Source: Octopus sinensis (Eukaryota). From it: 64,000 nucleotides of DNA. Positions 54,170 to 64,000 of this stretch are shown in pieces. Below the pieces are notes generated by a model, which saw only the letters and a list, made by a program, of their open reading frames with translations, did not search any database and was not told the origin of the DNA. The DNA lies in NCBI RefSeq assembly GCF_006345805.1, contig NC_043012.1, positions 24,242,001 through 24,306,000 of the forward strand, read 5' to 3'. Each line of letters opens with the position of its first letter. Positions within the stretch are counted from its first letter, which is position 1. A program made the translations under genes and the position numbers.

Positions 54170-54598
54170 ACAATCAGTCTTTCATACTGACGCATACATA
54201 TACTTTATATATACATATATACACATTATCATGCTTGTACACATCCATTCATACATATACATATATATGTATATGCATTATACATAGATACATGCGTACG
54301 TACATATATTCAGCATGCATTCACATACATGTACACATACCCACAAACTCGCATACGTACATACATACATACGTACGTACGTACGTGTGTGTGTGTACAC
54401 ATGAGCATACATACATATTCACATTCTTACATACGTAAACATACATACTTATACGCATTCATACATACATTTATACATTCACACACATAGACACGTATAT
54501 TTATATATACATATACACATGCATATGTACACACTTATTAGTACATGTGTATACATACCTACGTGTATTTACATACATCCACACGTATATATTATATA

Positions 54599-54633
<35 letters not shown>

Positions 54634-56350
54634 CATATTTTTATATTTGCGTACACATTTATATATACATGCATACATATGTACATGCATAGGCGTACAC
54701 ATTCATACGTACATCTATAAACATACATACATACGTATGTATGTACGTACGCATGTATACACGCGCGCGTGCGGCCACTGTACGAACGTTACATATGTCA
54801 GATGTCATATAATGTTTCATTCAAAACTTATTTACATTATCTTTTTCTCTTTTCTTACTGATATCTACTCTTTTGTTTGTCTACTTTTCGTTTTCATTTT
54901 TATGTTTACCAAAATGTGAAGAATCATATATGAAATATAAAATAATATCTATATTTCTCTCTCTTTTTCAGTTTTTAGCTAGACATGCAGAAATAAAAAT
55001 AATAATAATAATAATGATATAATGATGAAAACGAATAAAGTAAAAAACTATTGTTTTGTGTTATGAAACTTTCTTCATCTTCGTTGATATGTTTTTGATA
55101 TTCTATTAATTATGATATTTTTCCTTCTATCTAAAGAGTCTGGTAAATTAATTTTCACAATCGAATATTAAAATTGATCATTGAAAATGTTTTCTTCTTT
55201 TTTTCTTTGTAGATTTTGATTTGATAATTAAAATAGTAAAAGTTTATTACGTTATATCATTCATTTCTTCGAAAACTTTCAACTGACTGAAAATGGGTCC
55301 CGAATTATGAAGGCTGTTTGTTGAAAGAAATACGATGTCTTTATTTGCTGTATTTTAATATTGATGACAATTATTATATTCTCGTTATAAATATTATTGA
55401 ATTTTTTTTTTATCATCTTCCTGGCGGTTGTTGTTGTTGTTATTATTTTTTTTTGTTATTACCAAATAAACGTGACATGGTTTCCATTCCTATCTACAAT
55501 TCCAATAAAATTATGAATTCCTTTTAAAATATCTATTTCTATTTATTTTATATTTTATATTTTGGTCAAATGAAACTCTTGCTTTGGTTTCCATATCTCT
55601 ATAGTTACTTACCAAAAATATATTTCCGACAGACGATGGGAAACTGAAATTCAGTTTCCAATCTCAACAATTTTCATTTCATTTAACTTAGGCATACGTA
55701 AAAGGTGTGTGCATGTGTGTGTGTACATAGATACATACATACACACACACGCACACAGATGTGCTTGTATGTATGTATGTATGTATGTATGTATGTATGT
55801 ATGTATGTATGTATATGTATGTATGTGCATAATCGTTTAAAATTCAAGATCTTTGGATCCCAAACTGAAAACAAATGAGTTAACAAGAAAATAATAGTAT
55901 GAAAATTAAAGAAACAATAATAAAAAATTGTCACTCTATAACGAGTTTAGAAGTTTTTAAATAAAAGTGTTATTTTGAAATTCTTTCTCTCTCTCTCTCT
56001 CATTCACAGATAGACGACACATTTCTAAATACACATTTACGACTCGTTCTCTTGCAGTCTTATTTTAAATTTGAGTTATGATGAAGTTGAAAAAAAAAAA
56101 CAACACATTTAAAACACTTATTTCAGCTTAATTGCATTTTCTAATAATAACTTATCCTTTCAAATTTACCCATAAGTTGTTTAAAAGAAGTTAACAAATT
56201 CTTGAAACGCTTTCTCCACCAATACCCTCTCTTTCTCTCTCTCTCTTTCTCTGTCAACACCATTCAAAATTCTTTACCGCGGCTTGTTTCGGCATCAGAC
56301 CAGCGCTTTTGTATTTGTTTCGCTTTTATTTTACCCTCTTTTACAATTTC

Positions 56351-56662
56351 TTCGTCGTCTTTTTTTTTTCCCCAAATCTCTACAATTCGATTAGACATAA
56401 TTACTTCATTACATCTTTACTCTCTTCGCTTTTACAAACCGTCCACTATATATGTATATATATATTTATATATATACTCGAGTTATAGATGACACCTTTT
56501 GTTGACTTCGTCGTCTTTTTTTTTTCCCCAATCTCTACAATTCGATTAGACATAATTACTTCATTACATCTTTACTCTCTTCGCTTTTACAAACCGTCCA
56601 CTATATATGTATATATATATTTATATATATACTCGAGTTATAGATGACACCTTTTGTTTGAC
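56351..56662. repeat. Near-perfect 156-bp tandem duplication
   Basis: 56351-56506 and 56507-56662 differ only in homopolymer lengths. Confidence 0.92.
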
Positions 56663-58012
56663 AACTTTCACTTATGGAACAAATTCCACCTAATAATACT
56701 TATATAGAATATTTATTTATCTTATTCTATGCGGGCGAACAACGGCAGTGCAACACAATAGTAGTGTTAGGTGTTTGCAGTCTAGGTCGCTGTTAGTGTC
56801 GGCCGTCTCTTTTATAACAATAATAATATAGACCATTCAATACAAGCACGATTTCCTTTACAATTGCAATCTGTTACGTTATTCACTAGTAAAGCTTAAA
56901 CAATTATTTGGATATACTTAGGCAGGCTTTGAAGAAGTTCAAATAACAAGAGCGTATGTAGGCGGCGACACGTTGTATTTAAATTACACGACGGAAAAGA
57001 TCTTTAATTTTTGACGATGCAGTGTAGAAATGTGGAAATAAGTTCCCGCTGAGTCGATATCGCAACAGGATTTCACTTCTCTGTTGAGCCAATTTACCTT
57101 AATTAAGTTGCTAAGACTCTCAAGAAAGGCATGAATGTCACACGGTTTATATAAATATATGTTGTGCACTTATAGAGGCGACTAGTTTTGAAGTCCTTGC
57201 TTAAAACGGGAAGATAAATAAATATATATATATATAGCTATTCCTTTCTAGAGGACCTGTCAATCATTTACAAAACACTGACCGTCTTTTCTATTCAATA
57301 ATCAAATTACAAATTCTTCCTGGTTTCTTATTTCATTCTTAAATGTATAATCGGTGATATTTTGGCGTGGCATTTTTTATATTAAAAGTCCTTGATATAT
57401 ACTAATCAGATAATTAGAGTTATAAATTATAAACAAATTTCTCATAATTTTGTGTTAAAAATAACAGTGCTTATCGATCCGAAGTCAATTTATTTTATTT
57501 TTCTTTCTGTCCGCAACAACATCGGCTCATTCATTTATTCCTTCATTCGCTTATTCATAATAGATAATATTTTTCAAAAACTAGCGCTAAACAACATCCG
57601 ATTTGGGGCGAATCAAATAAAAATCTATTTCTTAGATATACATTTGAAAGAGGGGAAAAAAAATGAAAAAGAAAAAGAGAAAAAAAAACACGAAGCAAAA
57701 GTGAAAGGAAAACAAGGAAAGTACGAAAGTAATTATTCGATGATTTAATACTTTCTTCAGAGCGTGAGATGTGTTCTATTATATTACAAACGGTAGTACG
57801 TCTTTCGCTCAAAATCCACTTGAATGATGATTTCTTTCATTCTTCTTTCACTTCTCGATACCAGACTGCTATGGTTAACAGAAAAAAAAACTAAAAAAGA
57901 AAACAACCCCAAAAGTCACCAAGAAACATCTCCAAAATATTGAACGAAACTAAACCAAAAATAATTATCAACAACAATTATAATTTATCTATATTCATAA
58001 TCATTTCGAAAA

Positions 58013-58330
<318 letters not shown>

Positions 58331-58791
58331 TCTGTCTAGCTACTTAAATTTTTCTTTATTTTTTTTTCGTCTTTTCCCTAGTATCCACTCTAAAAGGGCG
58401 CGTTACGAAATATTCAATGACCGTAACATTTCGTTACCGGAGGAAATTCCTTAAATACGGAGGCATGAAATAGCGACAAAGAACACCGATATGCGAGCAT
58501 TTAGCAAAGCAAAATGTAAACAAAACATTTCGAGAGCCGACAGAAAATCATATTTATTTATAATTGACCTGTCTGTTGTCAAGCACACACAATAAATTAG
58601 ACAATATACACATCTAACTTAGTTACGCCTCTTTCGTTTAAGATTATGAATACCACGCAAACGTGCGCTAATACTTACACATAAGATACACAAAAGTATT
58701 TATATAAATACATACACACGTTTATATAATAATATAATATATATATTATATATATATATGTGTGTGGTGAGTGAATATGCATGTATTTATG

Positions 58792-58879
<88 letters not shown>

Positions 58880-59559
58880 ATATTATATATACGTATGCGC
58901 ATACTTTGGTATAGCTATGATACAAGAATAATAACGTTGATATACGCACATTATTTTTCATATATCTATTTCTTTATTCAATATTGAATATGTATATTTA
59001 TCTATATTGACGCATACATACATACATTCATACATACATACATACATACATTCATATATAAACATATATGTTTATATATATAATATACATATATGTTTAT
59101 ATATATATATAATATAATATAATATTATATTATATATATATATATGTTTGTATATATGATTTAGCATATAGATATATAATATATATGTTAAACCGATACA
59201 AACGTATAAAGTGTACTGAAATATTTTAATTTTTAATATTTAAAACCAGAAACATATATATATGTATATATATGTATATATATATATATATATATAATAC
59301 TCAGAGACATGCGTAAACACACAAGTGCACTAGTACAGAAACACACACACACACACATACGAGAGCATGACCGTCTCATTCAAAGCATTGAAGATTATTC
59401 ATTGTTAGAATACGTAAGAATATAAATCTTAAATTATTTTTTACATTAATAAACTCGAATCTAAAATTATCGAAACGTTAAAAATAATTTAAACATTCTC
59501 CTAAGATAATTCTTTTTTTATACGCCAGACACAAACGTTGTCTAAGAATGAGTAGCTAA

Positions 59560-59715
59560 GAGTGCACTCCACTCGAAGTGTGCTACATGGAGTGTACACT
59601 CCGAGTGCGCACTTCTGCACCGTCCTGCTTATCTGGCTTGCTCCGACGAAGTGTCATTGCGCAAGCGCAGTACAGTTTGATTGGCTGCGCAGTGACGTGT
59701 GCGCAGGTCGTCTGT
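59560..59715 (+). promoter_or_regulatory. Candidate onecut promoter
   Basis: CpG-rich, repeat-free island. It has an inverted CCAAT box TGATTGGCT (59678-59686), a CRE/ATF-like GTGACGTG (59692-59699), several TGCGCA palindromes and a cluster of GAGTG/CACTC palindromes. A GT donor follows at 60016. Confidence 0.5.
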
Positions 59716-59719
59716 GGTT

Positions 59720-60015
59720 CCAGCTGTCCAAACATGGAGGTACAGCAGCAGCAGCAGGCACAGCTTGGCCACCACCACCACTATCTGCGACCTTTTATCT
59801 ACCACTTCTGCGTTAGTACTACCACTCCTACTATCAAAAGTACCACTCCTATTATCGACTGTACTACTACCACTTATCTACCACCCTCAACAACAGCCCG
59901 TACAGCAGCTTGCTACACTACCTAGCATGTATGTCTACTACAACTACCACCATCACTGCAACCACTACTACTACTATTACTCCTCTTGTTGTTGATGTCG
60001 ACTGGCCTACTCTGC
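59720..60015 (+). other. Putative onecut 5'UTR exon (donor CTGC|gtaagg after 60015, acceptor ...ttttgtgtgcttgtag|GA before 62204); start approximate
   Basis: A pyrimidine tract plus AG lies 2 nt upstream of the onecut ATG, and the nearest strong upstream GT donor is at 60016. No transcript evidence. Confidence 0.45.
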
Positions 60016-61407
60016 GTAAGGCAACCCCCATTTTTTTTCTTTTTTTACTCGCACTTGTACACTCCTCCTACTGGAATTAACCGATATTACGACGATTATT
60101 ACAACAGCCATCACTACTACTAATAACAAACAACACTCCTTCTTCTCTTTCTTCCTTTGCCGAGGCTCTTTGATTATTTTTTTTTTTGATCATTTAACAC
60201 ACACCCTAAACACTTTGACGTACACGCACTCACTCATACGCACTCGCACGCACACACACTCATTCACACACACACACGCACACACGCACGGAGGCAGGCA
60301 GGTGCGTCTTGCATCCATCCATACTGCATCTGTGTGTGTGTGTGTGTGTGTGTGTGTTATGAATCTCTCTAAAGTCATTTCCACACGTTCATACATACAC
60401 GTCTGTACTAATATAATTGTCTAGTTATCGAATTTTACTTCACTAAAAATTCCTTCCATGTTTGTTATTATTATATATAATTTTTTCTCTTCTTACGATT
60501 ACCTTCCCTAATATCTTATTTATTTGTCATCTCCCTCACTACGTTTCACTAATCCTATTCATTTAACCCTACCGTTTCTTTTTCGCAGCTTCCGCAATAC
60601 ATCATTATCATTATAATCATTATTATTATCATTATTACTATTACTATTCATCCATAGTCCTTTCTTTTCTGTTTCACTACTAAATCTCTTTTCGCTCTTC
60701 ATTCAGCAGTCCACTTTCTCTTTCCCTTTCGATATCTCTCTTTCCATATCCGCTCTTTATTTTTCTTCGCTTTAACTACATTTGTCCGAACCATCACATT
60801 TTCTATCCACCATAAATTTCTGTTCCCCACTTTAACCTGTATTCTTCGAGCTAATAATTCATTCTACGCCTCGATATTGTTATTTGTCACACACACACAC
60901 AAAAAAAAAAGCCTCTTATTGTTCATACTTTTTGTTATATATATATATTAGATTGTGAATAACAAAATCTCCATTGATCACAATCACTAATAAACATCGC
61001 CTCCCTATTATATATAAATACATCTCTCTTTCTCTCTCTATATATATATATGTACTCGTTTGGTTTTTTTCCTGCATACGAATACAAAATTGCATTCATT
61101 CACCTACACGTATTTATTATATGTACATACATAGATGCTCACATATTCGGTCACAGCACCAAATAGCTAAGGCTTCACTCGTATTTATTCATTATTAGCA
61201 GTGGTACCACTCACTACACTATACTCTGGCGCTTCGAATACCACTCAGACGAGCACTATTTATTTCCCTGCACTCCCGAGCTTTCATGATGTGTATAAAG
61301 ATATAATCATCCCGATTCCACTTAAATTATTTGTTTATTTATTTATTTGTTTATATTTATTATATTTATTTTGCACACTGATATTCAGACACGCACGCAC
61401 ATATATG

Positions 61408-61441
<34 letters not shown>

Positions 61442-61470
61442 GACAAACATACACGTCGATACACACACAC

Positions 61471-61514
<44 letters not shown>

Positions 61515-62205
61515 TAAATATACTGATTTTAAAAAAAACTATAATAGCTACACTACACACACAAAAATATATAATATTAATAATCATAATAATAATAATA
61601 ATAATAAACAAAAGCTACGGACAGAGTGTGTTAAGAGAGAAGAAAGACAAATTTAACTGAAAGCCAAGTGGCAAAGAGTGTGTAGTCATAGTAGTAGTGT
61701 TGGCGGAGAAAAAGAGAGAGAGCCGTCCGGCAACAAAACATCGAACTTAACTAGTAACAAGTAATTGTATATATATATATATATATACATATATATAATC
61801 GTATATATATATATATATAGCTTTTGGAAAAAGAAAGAAGGAAGACGGGAAAGAGAGAGAGAGAGGGAAAGAAAATAAAATAAAAATTTATAGACAGAAA
61901 GAGGACGAAAAAGGAAATTAAAAGAAAGGTGGGGGAAAACAATATATAACAATATATATATATATACACATATATAAATATATATATATATATAAATAAT
62001 AATAATAATAATAATTCTTTTAAAGAAACAATAATAACAAAGCAAGAGTTGACAGTTATTTATTATCAATCACACCCTCCTTCTCACAAATTACGATCAT
62101 CATCAACAACATCATCATTATCCATAAGAACAATAATAATAATAATAACAACAACAACAACCGATATTCTTCGATCGTTTCGTTTCGTTTTGTGTGCTTG
62201 TAGGA

Positions 62206-63592
62206 ATGACGATGGAAAACATGGGCGAACTTGCGGATCAACAAATCAACGAGTCGTCGTCTGTGGCAGCCTCTGGTGGAGGTGGAGGAGGAGGAGGAGG
62301 AGGAGGAGGTACAACTGGAGGAGGAGGAGGAGGAGGAGGAACGGGTGCTGGTAACGGCGGAGGGGGAGGAAGTGGAGCCGGCGGACCGGGAGGAGGAGGC
62401 GGAGGAGGAGGAGGAGGAGGAGGAGGAAACACGAACGGTAACGGAGGAGCAGGTGGAGGCGGCGGTGGCGGAGGAGGAGGAACAACAACAGAAGGAGGCG
62501 GCAGCGGCGGCGGCGGAGGAGGAGGAACGGCAGGCGGAGGAGGAGGAGGAGGAGGCCATGTAACAGCAGCGGCGGCTGCAGCGGCTGCGGCGGCGGCGGC
62601 GGCGGCGGCAGCCTCAGAATACACAGTAAGTCCCCACGACCTGTCGCCTTCTAACATTGCCGCAGCACGTTCCTCCTCGGAGGCCATCCCCGTCAGTGTG
62701 AGCACCATGATCGACAGCAGTGAGTTCCGCTCCCAGATGGGCGAAGCAGCCACCTACCAGACTTTGAACGGCCGGATGAGTCCCGGCTACAGCCCCAACA
62801 ACAGTTACGCCACCCTGACGCCACTGCAGCCTCTGCCGCCCATTTCCACCGTGTCGGACAAGTTTAGCGCTCATCACGTTCCCCCAACGTCGAACGTCAG
62901 CGGCAGTTTTACACTGATGCAAAATAATGGACTAGGAATGGACATGAACTACCGTTACGATAAACTGACCAGTATGGGTATGAGCATGGGCACAGCCCTG
63001 GGTGGCAGCCCCATGTCCTCAATGATGGCTAGCAACGGCTACCAACAAGGGCTAAGCTCGTACGGGTATGGCCACGGCCAGAACGGGCTCCATTCGCCCA
63101 AGCCCGAACCGAAAATGGTTTCCCCTACCAACTACGAAGCTTATCGAAGCAGCCTCGGCGCACCACCACCAAGTTCTTCGAGGCTTCCCTCACCTAGTGG
63201 CATGATGCCGACCCCGTCATCTATGAATGGTTTGCAAACTTCAGTGGCCACTTCGTCCCCTCACAGCCATCACAGCATGAGTCCCCAGCGCGAGCGACCA
63301 TCTACGTCCTCTAGCTCGTCCGAATCTCAACAGTCGTCATCTAATAAAGAAGTGGAAGAAATTAACACCAAGGAGTTAGCACAAAAGATTAGTAGCGAAC
63401 TGAAAAGGTACAGTATCCCACAGGCTGTGTTCGCTCAGAGAGTGCTGTGTCGGAGCCAAGGGACCCTCAGCGATCTGTTAAGAAACCCTAAACCATGGAG
63501 CAAACTTAAGTCCGGACGTGAAACTTTTCGGAGGATGTGGAAATGGTTACAAGAACCCGAGTTTCAAAGGATGTCGGCTCTTAGACTTGCAG
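62206..63592 (+). CDS. onecut: ONECUT (HNF6-family CUT-homeobox transcription factor), first coding exon; the homeodomain exon is outside the window
   Basis: Translation begins MTMENMGEL, matching the onecut N-terminal TMExxGEL motif. It contains TYQTLNGRMSP and the TP box YATLTPLQPLPPISTVSDKF (62806-62865), then the CUT domain EEINTKELAQKISSELKRYSIPQAVFAQRVLCRSQGTLSDLLRNPKPWSKLKSGRETFRRMWKWLQEPEFQRMSALRLA (~63355-63591). It ends at donor CAG|gtaagc after 63592 (phase 1), the intron position known from onecut genes. Confidence 0.97.
62275..62613 (+). repeat. Coding low-complexity tract: (GGA/GGC/GGT)n poly-Gly block (94 codons, about 70 Gly) followed by 16 Ala codons (62566-62613)
   Basis: Read directly from the sequence, in frame within the onecut exon. 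Confidence 0.95.
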
Positions 63593-63771
63593 GTAAGCAA
63601 ACAAACTCATTTATTATATATTTTATATTTTATATTTTTTCCTTTAAAAAAAAATCACATTTTTTTTGTACATGTGTGTATTATAAATACATATCTATCA
63701 ATACAATATATAAAGGTAAACATACATGTATGCACACAGATGTATATATAGACACAAATTTACATATACAC

Positions 63772-63824
<53 letters not shown>

Positions 63825-64000
63825 ATATGCTCACATAAACACATAAGTACATACATAAGTGTATTATATATATATATACACACACACACAACTGATGAGT
63901 AGTAAGCTCTCAAAAAAGAAAAAAAGAAAGAAAAAGAAATACTATTGTGTATGTATGTATTACAGATCGTTGCATTTCCCTAACTTATTTCCAAACCTTT

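Larger units (their letters stand above)
36660..55820. repeat. Compound microsatellite-dominated domain ((TA)n, (TATG)n, (CATA)n, (TG)n, (GATA)n) with small unique islands
   Basis: Direct reading; this domain is the source of most [10 protein letters not shown]-type ORFs in the supplied track. Confidence 0.9.

Noticed and set aside
62194-62205. GTG start assigned by the ORF track
   Set aside because: It falls in the pyrimidine tract and AG acceptor; the first ATG is at 62206 and matches the onecut N-terminal motif.
62056-62753. Antisense and alternative-frame ORFs (poly-Pro, poly-Ser, poly-Glu) over the onecut exon
   Set aside because: They mirror the GGA/GCG codon runs; only the frame containing the TP box and CUT domain has recognisable homology.
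63593-63846. C-terminal part of the supplied 550-aa ORF (GKQTNSFIIYF...)
   Set aside because: It lies past the conserved GT donor and consists of AT-rich intron and microsatellite sequence.
63892-63915. CTGATGAG hammerhead-like start here (also CTGATGA at ~10072 and at ~42060 on the minus strand)
   Set aside because: No stem II closed by GAAA follows.

Overview
Eukaryotic, AT-rich, repeat-dense genomic DNA. The tRNA-derived SINE families and the extreme microsatellite load point to an octopod cephalopod (Octopus-like); this is inferred from repeat recognition, not from a database search. The only gene identified with confidence is ONECUT (HNF6-family CUT-homeobox), at the right end on the + strand. 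Its first coding exon (62206-63592) carries the N-terminal TMExxGEL motif, a Gly-rich tract, a 16-Ala run, the TP box and the full CUT domain. It ends at the conserved RMSALRLA| phase-1 intron, so the homeodomain exon lies beyond the window. About 2.5 kb upstream there is a candidate promoter and a 5'UTR exon with a chain of stop/start-coupled uORFs. The left ~33 kb is CpG-depleted, A/CA-skewed on the + strand and packed with decayed SINEs, RTE/CR1 LINE ends, MITEs and a Penelope-like fragment with a minimal hammerhead motif. It looks like the methylated intronic body of a minus-strand gene, whose candidate first coding exon (34957-34884) sits at the CpG boundary. From ~36.6 to 59 kb the sequence is mostly compound microsatellite with CpG-retaining unique islands and one 100-N assembly gap. 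Nearly all ORFs in the supplied track are simple-repeat artefacts. There is no CRISPR array, rRNA gene or true tRNA gene. All splice models, RNA folds and family assignments were made by eye and are untested.
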